From IMG/VR virus record IMGVR_UViG_2643221929_000003, positions 7,225-71,224 of that record: a DNA stretch of 64,000 nucleotides. One strand, 5' to 3'. Source of the stretch: a virus (lineage: Duplodnaviria > Caudoviricetes). Below, piece by piece: positions 19,586 to 28,875 of this stretch. The position numbers were made by a program, and so were the translations under genes. Within the stretch, counting starts at the first letter, position 1. The number at the start of each line of letters is the position of its first letter. The notes under the pieces are model-generated. The model was given only the letters and a program-made list of their open reading frames with translations, had not been told where the DNA came from and ran no database searches.

Positions 19586-22500
19586 TGAACGCGCCCCTGA
19601 AGGGTCGGAAGAGCCTGACCGGTTCGCAGCCGCGCTCGGCCACCCGCTACGACGACAACCTGTTCGGCGCCGACACCGTCGAGCTGATCCTCGCCCTGTC
19701 CGAGGGCCCGATCCAGGGCCTGAAGGACGGCGCGTCGAGCTTCTACGTCGGCGACGTGCCGCTGCTCGACAAGGGCACCGGCACCCCGAACATCTCCAAC
19801 TTCGAGCTGCGGATGCTGAAGGGGACCAACCCCGCCGACAGCATCCGGCCGAACCTCGGCGGCTTCGCCTCGTCGAAGAACGTCGGGCTGCCCATGCGCG
19901 CCCAGAACCAGATGGTGGTGGCGCAGGGCGACAAGACCCAGATCGACTACATCGACATCCGGTTCGTGGTGAACCGCCTGCTGGTCGTGAGCACGACCGG
20001 CGGCGAGTTCGCCAACGGCATGACGATGAAGATCGAGGTGAAGCCGCGCTCGTCGAGCGTCTGGCAGATCCCGTTCGACAACGAGCCTCCCCCGCCGCCC
20101 GACACCTCCGGCGGCTCGAACTACCGCCCGGACAGCGTCCGGGCCGGCTCGCTGGTCAACGCCGCCCTGCACGAGACCTACCTCGCGCCCGAGACCGATC
20201 CGCCGCTCCAGGCCAAGGAGCAGGGGGCGATGTGGTTCATCACCACCGAGGAGCACTGGGCGCCGCGCGCGTGGGACGGCAAGGCCTGGCAGGTCCCCAC
20301 CGGCCTCACCAGCTCGATCATCTCCGGCTTCTGGGTCTGGCAGTGGACCGACCACGTCGGCGACACCCGGCGCGCCTGGTTCTCGCCCTCGGGCGCCGCG
20401 CCGCCGGCCGGCAGCGTGACGGTGTTCGACTGGCTGCTCACTCCCGAGAGCGGCGAGATCGTCTACAGCTACAACGACACCAGCTGGGTCGGCACGCAGA
20501 CCTTCCCGGACACGCCCATCGCGGCGCCCGGCAACGTGGTCATCTCCGGCCTGACGCGCTCGAACTACCCGAAGGAGTACCGGATCCCGGTCGCCCGGAT
20601 CAACGAGCCCTACGACGTGCGCGTCACCCGGCTCGATCCGCCGACCACGAAGGACAACTTCAAGGACATCACGTTCGAGAGCATCCAGGAGGTCGTGGCC
20701 CAGGTCTACAGCTTCCCGGACCTGGCGCTCGCGCACCTGACGATCCGCGCCACCGACACCTTCACCAGCCTGCCGGAGTTCACCGGCATCTACCGGGGCG
20801 TCATCATCCCGGTGCCGTCGAACCACGTCTTCAACGAGACCACCCAGCTGTCCGAGTTTCCGGGGCTGTGGGACGGCACGTTCAAGATGGCCTACACCAA
20901 CAACCCGGCCTGGCATGCGTACAACCTGATCAAGAACGCTCGGTACGGCAAGAACGCCTACTATCCCGAGGTCCCTGACCAGTGGGATTACTACGAGTTC
21001 GGCAAGCACTGTTCCGCGCACGGCTTCCGGTTCAACGAATACATTCAGGAAGCTCGGTCTCTGAACGAGCTGATCAACTACGTCGTGGGCATCGCCGGCG
21101 GTCGGTACGTCGACCGGGGCGACGGCTTCTCGACGGTGATCTGGGACGCCGACGACCAGCCGGCGGTGGCGATCTTCGCGCCCGAGAACACCATCGAGGG
21201 GAGCTTCAACTACAGCCTCACCGACATCACCGAGCGCAAGAACGACTTCAAGGTGTCGTTCAAGAACCCGGGTCTGGAGTACCGCGAGGACCGGGTGCGG
21301 GTGTGGGACCAGAACGCCATCGACGTCCACGGGCGCAACCCCGAGGAGTTCGTGGCGGTCGGCTGCCGGGATGCCGCCGAGGCGGTGAAGCGCGGCCGGC
21401 TGCGGCTGGCCACATCGCTGACCGAGAAGATCATCGTCAACTTCAAGACGAACCGGCTCGGCCGCTACCTGCTGCCGTTCCAGGTGATCCTGGTCGCCGA
21501 CGACCAGTCCACCAACGTCATCTCCGGGCGCGTGCGCAACATGGAGCCGCTGCCGGCCGGCACCCTGCGGCTGCCGCTGCGCGACCAGATCTACCTGGAG
21601 GCCGGCATCAGCTACAGCGTCCAGTTCACCGTGTCGGACGCGGCCGGCGGCCTGCGCGTGGTGACCTACCCGCTGCAGGTCGATCAGCCGGGCGCGCAGA
21701 GCGAGCTGGTGCTCGCCCAGGCGCTCGCCGACACGCTGCCGGAATACGCCGTGTTCTCCATCGGCGCGCCGAAGGCGTTCCGCATCACGTCGATCAGCCA
21801 GGCCGACGATGAGCCCGACCAGCTGGACATCACCGCCATCGAGGTGAACCGGCTGAAGTGGGCCTTCGTGGACGGCGACGTCGAGCTGCGCGACCTGACC
21901 GGCCTGCAGACCGGCCCGCTCTCGAAGTTCGTCTACCCGGTCACCAACGCCCGGATCGGGCCCGACCTCGCGGCGGACGGCACCTTCAGCCTGATCGCGA
22001 ACTGGGACGCCTCCGAGACGAAGCTGATCCGCGGCTACCGGGTCCGGCAGTCCGTGAACGGCCAGCCGGCCGAGATCGTGGCCGAGCCCGGCGACACCAC
22101 CTTCCGGCTTCTGTCGCCGGCCCCGGCCGTCTACGCCCTGATGGTGACCGCGGTGAGCCTGGACGGCTCCACCGAGAGCGCCCCGGTGACGCTGAGCTAC
22201 ACGGTGGCCGACAGCACCACCGTGCGCTCCGTGGTGCCGCCCACCGACCTCGTGCTCCTTGACGAGCCCGAGGCGCCGATCTTCCGCGCCGTGAACCCGC
22301 GCTTCTCCTGGGGCGCCTCGGCCGACCCGCTGGTGAAGGACTACCTGGTCGAGGTGGTGAGCCCGGCCGGCGTCGTCGTCCACAGCGAGGCCGTGCAGGG
22401 CCAGCTCGTCTTCCCCTACACGCTGGCCCAGAACCTGGCCGAGAACGGCCAGGCGCTGCGCGCCTTCACCGTGCGCGTGCGGGCCCGGGACACCACCGGC

Positions 22501-24864
22501 CAGCTCTCGACCCCGGTCGAGCTGTCGGTGAGCCACCCGGCGCCGCCCGCGATCACCCCGGTGCTCGACAGCGTGTCGGAGACGATCTTCATCTCCTACG
22601 ACGCGCCGCCCGGCGACTTCGCGGGCGTGCTGGTGTGGATGGAGCCGGCCTCCGGCTACGACCCGGCCGTGGTGCCGCCGGCCTACGACGGGCCGAACAC
22701 CAACATCGCGCTGCCGGCGGTCCCCGAGACCACCTACTTCGTCCGCATCGCCGGCTACGACGCCTACGGGAAGACCGGGCTGAACGTGAGCGGGGAGGTG
22801 TCCCGCAAGGCCACCGTCACCCTGTTCGACGCCGCGCCGCCGCCGGTGCCGGCCAAGCCCACCCTGACCTCCGACGCAGAGACGGCGGCGGACGGCACGG
22901 TGACGGCTGTGCTGCGCGCGACCTGGGACGGCCCGGCCGGCCGCTACACCGTAGCGGTGGCGCAGGGCGGTGGTGGCTTCCTGGAGTTCCCGGTCAGCGA
23001 CGCCAGCTTCGAGCTGCACGGGCTCCGGCCGGCCATCCCGGTCCAGGTGAAGGTCCGGGCCGTGGCCGCGTCCGGCTTCGGCCAGTCGGACTGGTCGCCG
23101 GTCGCCTCGATCACCACGGCATCGAGCAAGGCCAAGCCCGACAACCCGACCGGCGTGGTCGCGACCGGCACCTACCAGGGCGTCACGCTCTCGTGGACGG
23201 CGCCGGCCGCCAAGGACCTCGCCTGGATCGAGGTGTGGTCCATCGACCGCGCCTCCGTCGCCCAGTCGCCGCCCTCGGGCTCGGCGATGCGCAAGGTGTC
23301 GGCCGGGTCCACCTTCTCCTACGACGGCACGGTGCCGGTGCAGACGCAGCGGACCTTCTGGCTGCGCTCGGTCTCCACCTCGGGCGTCACCGCGGACGGC
23401 TACTCGGCGCCGGCCACCGCCACGAACCCGGCGATCTCCGGCGACGAGCTGGCGGACGGCTCGGTCACGAACGCCAAGATCGTGGCCGGCACCATCACGG
23501 GTGATCGGATCCAGGCCGGGAGCATCGAGGGCGACCGGATCAAGGCGGGCTCCATCGAGGGCGACCGGATCAAGGCCGGTGCGGTCACGGCCGACAAGAT
23601 CACGGTGGGCTCGTCCACCATGGCGTCGTGGCTGAACGGCACCGACCAGTCCAAGATCGAGGGCGGCGCCATCGCCGCCAACTCGATCCAGGCCAACAGC
23701 CTGAAGATCGGTGCGCGCGGCGTGCAGCTCGTGGGCGTCTACTTCTACGCTGAGCGGGACGCCAACGGCGCGCTCACCAACAAGCTCGGCTGGACAGCCG
23801 GCCAGATCCTGATCACGGCCGACGATGGCACGCCCAAGGCGTACGATGTCCCGGCGGCCCTCGTCGGGATCGACGGCGGCTTCTGGTACGTGTGGTGGGA
23901 CAAGCGCCAGCCGACCAGCGGTCTGCATGCCGGCAAGGACAACTGGCCCGACATCTCGAACGACGCCGAGACCATCCTGATCGCGACCATCTCGGGCGTG
24001 ACCGGGCTGTCGGTGCTAGTGGGCGGCACGATCATCGACGGCACCCGGATCCAGACCGGGTCGATCCAGGCTGACCAGATCGCGGCCAATGCGATCCAGG
24101 CGAAGCACCTTGGCGCCGAGAGCGTGACCGCGAACGCGATCAAGGCCGGGGCGATCACCGCCGAGAAGGTCGGGGCCGGCACGCTGACGGCCGACTTCAT
24201 CTTCGTGGGCGGCATCAACTTCCAGATCAACTCGGCCAACCAGCTGATCCGCCTCTACGGCAACGACGGCATCGAGCATCTCTCGATGGGCTACGTCGGC
24301 GTGTTCGACGGGACCGACGCTTACGGCCTCACCCTGCGCGACGGCCGCGGGCAGAACGTCCTGAAGGTCACCGACAAGGAGGCGGTGATCGAGGGCGCGT
24401 TCATCCGCGACGCCACGATCACTAACGCCAAGATCGGCGACCTCGCGGTCGACACGATCAAGATCGCCGGCAAGGCCGTTTCTCAGACCGTGTCGGCTAC
24501 CTCGACTGGTCCGACAGCACAGCTCGCCATCGACAGCCGCTCGGAGACCAGCTCCTTCCAGATCCTCGCGTTCCGGCGAGGCGACGGCGGCCAGCCACAT
24601 CCGGCGCTGGCCACGAACGGCAACCTGTACGTCGACTACTCTGACGACGGTGGCAACAACTGGGCCAATCTAAACGGCATCGTCAACATCTTCTCGTATC
24701 TCTATCAGCCAAACGTCAGTGCAAGCTCACTATTCATGATGCCGACAACGCTGGTGTTCAGCTGGACGCCTGGCGTCATCAGGTCGTTTATCCTACGAGT
24801 GCGCGACACGAACGGCGAGAACGTTGGTGGCGTCTACCTGTCCGTGACGGAGCTGGCGAAATGA
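19585..24864 (+). CDS. Tail tip/host-specificity protein (lambda gpJ-like) with FN3 domains
   Basis: 1759 aa; LSEGPIQGL, WDGTFKMAYTNNPAW motifs; FN3-like repeats; GSIEGDRIKA repeats. Confidence 0.9.
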   Translation: MNAPLKGRKSLTGSQPRSATRYDDNLFGADTVELILALSEGPIQGLKDGASSFYVGDVPLLDKGTGTPNISNFELRMLKGTNPADSIRPNLGGFASSKNVGLPMRAQNQMVVAQGDKTQIDYIDIRFVVNRLLVVSTTGGEFANGMTMKIEVKPRSSSVWQIPFDNEPPPPPDTSGGSNYRPDSVRAGSLVNAALHETYLAPETDPPLQAKEQGAMWFITTEEHWAPRAWDGKAWQVPTGLTSSIISGFWVWQWTDHVGDTRRAWFSPSGAAPPAGSVTVFDWLLTPESGEIVYSYNDTSWVGTQTFPDTPIAAPGNVVISGLTRSNYPKEYRIPVARINEPYDVRVTRLDPPTTKDNFKDITFESIQEVVAQVYSFPDLALAHLTIRATDTFTSLPEFTGIYRGVIIPVPSNHVFNETTQLSEFPGLWDGTFKMAYTNNPAWHAYNLIKNARYGKNAYYPEVPDQWDYYEFGKHCSAHGFRFNEYIQEARSLNELINYVVGIAGGRYVDRGDGFSTVIWDADDQPAVAIFAPENTIEGSFNYSLTDITERKNDFKVSFKNPGLEYREDRVRVWDQNAIDVHGRNPEEFVAVGCRDAAEAVKRGRLRLATSLTEKIIVNFKTNRLGRYLLPFQVILVADDQSTNVISGRVRNMEPLPAGTLRLPLRDQIYLEAGISYSVQFTVSDAAGGLRVVTYPLQVDQPGAQSELVLAQALADTLPEYAVFSIGAPKAFRITSISQADDEPDQLDITAIEVNRLKWAFVDGDVELRDLTGLQTGPLSKFVYPVTNARIGPDLAADGTFSLIANWDASETKLIRGYRVRQSVNGQPAEIVAEPGDTTFRLLSPAPAVYALMVTAVSLDGSTESAPVTLSYTVADSTTVRSVVPPTDLVLLDEPEAPIFRAVNPRFSWGASADPLVKDYLVEVVSPAGVVVHSEAVQGQLVFPYTLAQNLAENGQALRAFTVRVRARDTTGQLSTPVELSVSHPAPPAITPVLDSVSETIFISYDAPPGDFAGVLVWMEPASGYDPAVVPPAYDGPNTNIALPAVPETTYFVRIAGYDAYGKTGLNVSGEVSRKATVTLFDAAPPPVPAKPTLTSDAETAADGTVTAVLRATWDGPAGRYTVAVAQGGGGFLEFPVSDASFELHGLRPAIPVQVKVRAVAASGFGQSDWSPVASITTASSKAKPDNPTGVVATGTYQGVTLSWTAPAAKDLAWIEVWSIDRASVAQSPPSGSAMRKVSAGSTFSYDGTVPVQTQRTFWLRSVSTSGVTADGYSAPATATNPAISGDELADGSVTNAKIVAGTITGDRIQAGSIEGDRIKAGSIEGDRIKAGAVTADKITVGSSTMASWLNGTDQSKIEGGAIAANSIQANSLKIGARGVQLVGVYFYAERDANGALTNKLGWTAGQILITADDGTPKAYDVPAALVGIDGGFWYVWWDKRQPTSGLHAGKDNWPDISNDAETILIATISGVTGLSVLVGGTIIDGTRIQTGSIQADQIAANAIQAKHLGAESVTANAIKAGAITAEKVGAGTLTADFIFVGGINFQINSANQLIRLYGNDGIEHLSMGYVGVFDGTDAYGLTLRDGRGQNVLKVTDKEAVIEGAFIRDATITNAKIGDLAVDTIKIAGKAVSQTVSATSTGPTAQLAIDSRSETSSFQILAFRRGDGGQPHPALATNGNLYVDYSDDGGNNWANLNGIVNIFSYLYQPNVSASSLFMMPTTLVFSWTPGVIRSFILRVRDTNGENVGGVYLSVTELAK

Positions 24865-25307
24865 GCGGCGAGCGCGACTACAAGACCCTCGCCGAGGCGG
24901 CCGTCTACGACGAGACAGGGCGGATCACGGGGGTGGTGAACCAGGCCATCGGCTTCACCCAGGACTGGCAGGACCGCGGTGAGCGGATCCTGATCGGTGA
25001 TGCCGGCTGGGACCAACAGGAGTTCCGCACCACGCGCTACGTCAAGCTCACTGGCAAGACACCGAAGCTGGTGGACCGCCCGGTGCTGGCCGGCGTGCCG
25101 GAGCAGGCCACGGCGTCGGTGGGGACCGAGGTCTCGATCCCGCGCGTGCCGGCCTGCACCGTCCGGTTCGACGGCCCGGTGAGCGGCACGCACGAGCACC
25201 CGGGCGGCAGCCTCAAGATCGGCTTCACCCTGACCGGCACCTACCGGATCTCGTTCGAGGCCTTCCCGAACCTGCCCTGCAGCTTCGACCTGACGGTGAC
25301 GCCATGA
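24861..25307 (+). CDS. Tail-associated hypothetical protein
   Basis: 148 aa, ATGA overlap with the tail tip gene. Confidence 0.65.
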   Translation: MSGERDYKTLAEAAVYDETGRITGVVNQAIGFTQDWQDRGERILIGDAGWDQQEFRTTRYVKLTGKTPKLVDRPVLAGVPEQATASVGTEVSIPRVPACTVRFDGPVSGTHEHPGGSLKIGFTLTGTYRISFEAFPNLPCSFDLTVTP

Positions 25308-25669
25308 TCTTCGGACCCGATCTCACCGCGCTGCGCGAGGCCGCCAAGAACCTGGCGAGGAGCCACTTCGTCGACCGGGCCGAGGCAGACGGCACGCCGG
25401 CCACCCTGCGTGCCATGTACGTGATGAAGGCGGCCGAGGCCGCCTCGGTGCAGGCCGGCGGCAGCTCGGCGCTGATCGAGGGCGAGGCGGCGCTGCGCGG
25501 CGTCACGCCGGCCGAGCTGGCGACGACCATATTGGATATGGCCAAGCAGTCCGCCGACCTGGAGCTGGCCCGGATGAAGGTCAACGTCGACATCGAGGCG
25601 GCGGCCAGCGCCGCCGACGTGATTAACATCTTGAACAAGTTGGGACTTGATCTGAAGATGTTCGCGTGA
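25304..25669 (+). CDS. Tail fibre assembly-like hypothetical protein
   Basis: 121 aa, ATGA overlap; helical YxxKxxEA pattern. Confidence 0.6.
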   Translation: MIFGPDLTALREAAKNLARSHFVDRAEADGTPATLRAMYVMKAAEAASVQAGGSSALIEGEAALRGVTPAELATTILDMAKQSADLELARMKVNVDIEAAASAADVINILNKLGLDLKMFA

Positions 25670-25673
25670 ACCT

Positions 25674-25692
25674 TCCCCTAGGACTTAGGGGA
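25674..25692. promoter_or_regulatory. Motif B palindrome TCCCCTAG-GAC-TTAGGGGA upstream of lysis module
   Basis: One mismatch from the 2317/8613 copies; arms extend to CCTTCCCCTA/TAGGGGAAGG. Confidence 0.7.
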
Positions 25693-25752
25693 AGGCATCA
25701 AATCTACTAGCAGACGCACCTATATGCGGGCATGCCCCGCAACCAAGCAATC

Positions 25753-25911
25753 ATGGCCTACGGAACCCGCGCTGATCGAGCGCGTGCTGCCGTCATGGCC
25801 AAGCTGGCGAAGAAGTCGACCAGCGAGTGGCTGCTGAAGCTGATCCGGGCCGAATACGCCGCCGTCTATGGCGAAGCTGACCCGGAGAAGATCCATGCCG
25901 GCCTCAAGTAG
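25753..25911 (+). CDS. Small 52-aa hypothetical protein (not in ORF track)
   Basis: MAYGTRADRARAAVMAKLAKKSTSEWLLKLIRAEYAAVYGEADPEKIHAGLK, typical codon bias, overlaps endolysin start. Confidence 0.55.
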   Translation: MAYGTRADRARAAVMAKLAKKSTSEWLLKLIRAEYAAVYGEADPEKIHAGLK

Positions 25912-26659
25912 CGCGGTGCGCCTGGAGCGCTGCCTCCCCTACATCTTCGAGGGTGAGGGCGGCTACACCAACAACGCGAAGGACCCCGGCAACTGGACCG
26001 GGGGCAAGGTCGGCAAGGGTGTCCTGAAGGGCACCAAGTACGGCATCGCCGCCGCATCGTTCCCGACGCTCGACATCGCCAACCTGACCAAGGACCAGGC
26101 CGCGGAGATCTACCGCGCGAAATACTGGACCACGGCCGGCTGCGACCAGCTGCCGGACGGCGTCGACCTGCCGATCTTCGACAGCTCGGTGAACTCCGGC
26201 CCGAGCCGCGGGAAGAAGTTCGCAGCAGCGACCGCCGCCATCGCGGACGCGGTCACCCGGATCAAGGCGATCTCCGGCCAGCGCCGCTCCTTCTACCAGG
26301 GCCTCTCGACCTTCAAGACCTTCGGCAAGGGCTGGCTGGCCCGCGTCGCGAAGATCGAGGCGGGCGCGATCAAGATGGCGCTGGCGGCTGCCGGCGCGAG
26401 CCCGGTGGCGGTGAACACCGCCCTGAAGGGCGAGGCCGCCACGTCCCAGACCAAGGTCAAGACCGGGACCACCGTCGCCACCACCACGGCGGCCGGCGGC
26501 GGCACGGGCACCATCGCGGCGGCGCAGCAGGGTGTCGACTGGCTGCAGGTCGGCATCGCGGTCGCCGTGGTCGGCATCGCGCTGTTCGTCGCCTTCCACT
26601 TCATCCGAGCACACCAGGAGCGCGCCAACGCCTTCCTGGCCGAAGCAGCAAAGGTCTGA
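25895..26659 (+). CDS. Endolysin, glycoside hydrolase family 108, with C-terminal transmembrane segment
   Basis: EGGY...DPG...TKYGI GH108 motif, FGKGWLARV PG-binding motif, hydrophobic C-terminal helix; likely ATG 25895. Confidence 0.85.
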   Translation: MPASSSAVRLERCLPYIFEGEGGYTNNAKDPGNWTGGKVGKGVLKGTKYGIAAASFPTLDIANLTKDQAAEIYRAKYWTTAGCDQLPDGVDLPIFDSSVNSGPSRGKKFAAATAAIADAVTRIKAISGQRRSFYQGLSTFKTFGKGWLARVAKIEAGAIKMALAAAGASPVAVNTALKGEAATSQTKVKTGTTVATTTAAGGGTGTIAAAQQGVDWLQVGIAVAVVGIALFVAFHFIRAHQERANAFLAEAAKV

Positions 26660-26662
26660 GCC

Positions 26663-27280
26663 ATGAACTTCGATGGGCTGAAGAACGTGGAGTGGGGCCC
26701 AGTCGCCGGCCAGCTCATGAAGATCGGCGCGCCGATCCTCGGCACGGTGATCGGTGGCGTCCCGGGCGCCATCGCCGGCAACCTGATCGGCTCGCTGGCC
26801 TCGGCCATCGGTGCCCCCGACACCACGCCGGAGGCGATCTCGACCACGCTGCAAGATCCGGCGGCTCAGGCCGCCGCGGTGCAGTTCGAGGCGGACAACA
26901 AGGCGAAGCTGGAGGCGATGGTCGAGCAGACCAAGCAGGTCCAGATCGAGCAGGCGAACCTGTCGCTGCGCGCCGAGATCACGGCCGGTGACCGGTTCCA
27001 GCGCTGGGCGCGGCCCTTCAATATGTACTGCGTCGGGGCGGTCACGCTCAGCTACGGCTTCGTCTGCGTCGCGGCGGCGATCAACACCATCGTCACCAAG
27101 GATCCGACCGCGCTCACGCACGTCGTGAACCTCGGTGCGTCGATCACCACCGTGCTGATCCCGGCGGGCGCCGTGGCGGGCGTCACCGCCTGGCAGCAGA
27201 CCAAGGAGAAGCTGGCCGGCGTCATCCAGCGCCCGGCTCCGGCAGCCCTCGTGCCCGGGAAGCCGGTCAAGAAGGGCTGA
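26663..27280 (+). CDS. Holin-like membrane protein (3TM/GTA-holin-like)
   Basis: APILGTVIGG N-terminus, WARP motif, two C-terminal TM helices; follows endolysin. Confidence 0.65.
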   Translation: MNFDGLKNVEWGPVAGQLMKIGAPILGTVIGGVPGAIAGNLIGSLASAIGAPDTTPEAISTTLQDPAAQAAAVQFEADNKAKLEAMVEQTKQVQIEQANLSLRAEITAGDRFQRWARPFNMYCVGAVTLSYGFVCVAAAINTIVTKDPTALTHVVNLGASITTVLIPAGAVAGVTAWQQTKEKLAGVIQRPAPAALVPGKPVKKG

Positions 27281-27284
27281 TCCC

Positions 27285-27701
27285 GTGGCCAAGGGCTCGC
27301 GCTTCCAGCGCGGCAGCATGCCCGATGTCCCTCACGAGAAGCGTGACCCGGACATCGAGCTGCTGTCGCACGGTCATTTCGGCCCGCGGATCGACCAGTC
27401 TCCGCGGATCGAGTTCGATCAGGTCCATCCCCTGCTGCAAGAGATCCTGATCAGGATCGACGATGAGGAAGCCAAGAACCTCAAGCAAGGGATCAACATC
27501 TTGGTGCGGTTTGAGCCGGAAGACTTCACCCGGCTCAAGACCGTCCTGAAGCTGATCAATATTCTCTTTGGCATCGGGAGGGTCATCAAATGGTCAGTGG
27601 CATCGTTTTTGGCCGGCCTGGCGGCGGTCGTGCTGGCCGGCGAGCATCTCCAGAAGATCTGGGGCTGGATCTTGAGCGCCCTGAAGCTCGTCAAACCATG
27701 A
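27285..27701 (+). CDS. Membrane protein in lysis region
   Basis: 138 aa with C-terminal TM segment. Confidence 0.6.
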   Translation: MAKGSRFQRGSMPDVPHEKRDPDIELLSHGHFGPRIDQSPRIEFDQVHPLLQEILIRIDDEEAKNLKQGINILVRFEPEDFTRLKTVLKLINILFGIGRVIKWSVASFLAGLAAVVLAGEHLQKIWGWILSALKLVKP

Positions 27702-28234
27702 GGCACACGGTGAACAAGATCGCCTTCTGGACCTTCATCGCGATGGTCGGCGGCTGCGGCGGCTGGATGGGAACCAAGATCTCGAAGAAGAGCTACCCGC
27801 TCTCGATGATCGAGCGCGTCAACCTCACGCCCGAGGTCAAGCCCGGCGACCCGATCCTGCTGGCCCAGCACGTCGACCGCCGCGAGCAGTGCGATGTGGT
27901 GGTGAAGCGCACCATCAAGACGTCGACCGGCCAGCGGATCCCGGTGAAGCAGGCGTTCGAGGAGGACTTCGGGCCGCTCGGGGGCGACAAGTACATCTTG
28001 CCGGTCCCGACCGACCCGGCGGCCTCGCTCGGCGACGCCCAGATGTACTCGAAGGCCTACAGCTGGTGCTCGTGGCTCGACTACGTCGTGCCGTCCGAGG
28101 CCGAGAGCTGGACCCTGAACTTCAAGTTCGCCGAGAACACGGTCACCTTGCCGGCGCCGGGCAGCTTCGACGGCATCGGGGTCAAGGCCTCGCAGAGCAA
28201 GTCGGGGCACGGGCCGAGCACTTCGCCGCCCTGA
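27698..28234 (+). CDS. Membrane-anchored hypothetical protein
   Basis: ATG 27698 (ATGA overlap), N-terminal TM helix. Confidence 0.6.
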   Translation: MRHTVNKIAFWTFIAMVGGCGGWMGTKISKKSYPLSMIERVNLTPEVKPGDPILLAQHVDRREQCDVVVKRTIKTSTGQRIPVKQAFEEDFGPLGGDKYILPVPTDPAASLGDAQMYSKAYSWCSWLDYVVPSEAESWTLNFKFAENTVTLPAPGSFDGIGVKASQSKSGHGPSTSPP

Positions 28235-28306
28235 TCTTCTGAAGATGTTCGTGCCTGGCATTACAAGATGTCGGGCACCATATCCTGATCGAACTTCGAG
28301 AAGATC

Positions 28307-28636
28307 ATGACCGGCGCTGTCGACTATCTCATCCTGAACGTCGTGCATCGCACGAACGAGGACTGGAGCCTCGTTCTGCCGCTCGACATGGATGACCTGG
28401 TCGGGGCGACGGCGATCTGCACGCTGCTGAGCACCAGCGGCGGGCGGATCGAGCTGCCGGTGACGGTGGACGCCGCCCAGAAGCAGCTGGTGACGGCGGC
28501 AGAGAGCGAGGTGTTCGAGGTCATGTCGCCCGGCAACTACTCGGGCGACGTGCTGGTGACGCTGACGGGCGGCCGGGACCTGGTCACGCACATCATCAAC
28601 CTGGAGCTGAAGCGGGGGGTCTCCCAGCGTGGTTGA
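28307..28636 (+). CDS. Hypothetical (BppU N-terminal/Ig-like) virion protein
   Basis: 109 aa beta-rich, PGNYSGDVLVT pattern. Confidence 0.5.
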   Translation: MTGAVDYLILNVVHRTNEDWSLVLPLDMDDLVGATAICTLLSTSGGRIELPVTVDAAQKQLVTAAESEVFEVMSPGNYSGDVLVTLTGGRDLVTHIINLELKRGVSQRG

Positions 28637-28865
28637 GATCGTCTCCACCAGCATCCAGCGGCGGGTGACGACGAGGCGCGTGACGCGCTCCACGGCCGGT
28701 CAGACACCGCCGGCCGCCGAGGTCGTCGAGTACGTCGTCGCCAAGGTCGGCGTGCCCGGCCGGGAAGGGCCGCCCGGACCGCCGGGCCAGGCCGGCCCGC
28801 CCGGTGAGGGCACCGAGACCGATCCCGGCGACCTCACCCTGCTCTTCGACAACAAGCTCATCTGA
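28629..28865 (+). CDS. Short collagen-like protein
   Basis: GVPGREGPPGPPGQAGPPG Gly-X-Y run. Confidence 0.6.
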   Translation: MVEIVSTSIQRRVTTRRVTRSTAGQTPPAAEVVEYVVAKVGVPGREGPPGPPGQAGPPGEGTETDPGDLTLLFDNKLI

Positions 28866-28875
28866 GAGGACTATC

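Noticed and set aside
23480-23610. 30-bp tandem repeats (GSIEGDRIKA) in tail tip gene as a DGR or contingency locus
   Set aside because: Ordinary in-frame fibre repeats; no reverse transcriptase or adenine-specific TR/VR pair seen.
19459-23928. Very long antisense ORFs (e.g. 1489 aa here; also 13998-16499, 54601-56754, 61211-63682)
   Set aside because: Shadow ORFs from high-GC codon bias opposite or overlapping well-supported genes; low-complexity R/G/A/V-rich translations.
25651-28251. 14-bp direct repeat TCTGAAGATGTTCG at 25651 and 28238 bracketing the lysis cassette
   Set aside because: Only two copies, one within a coding end; could be chance, and there is no further support for a recombination or regulatory role.
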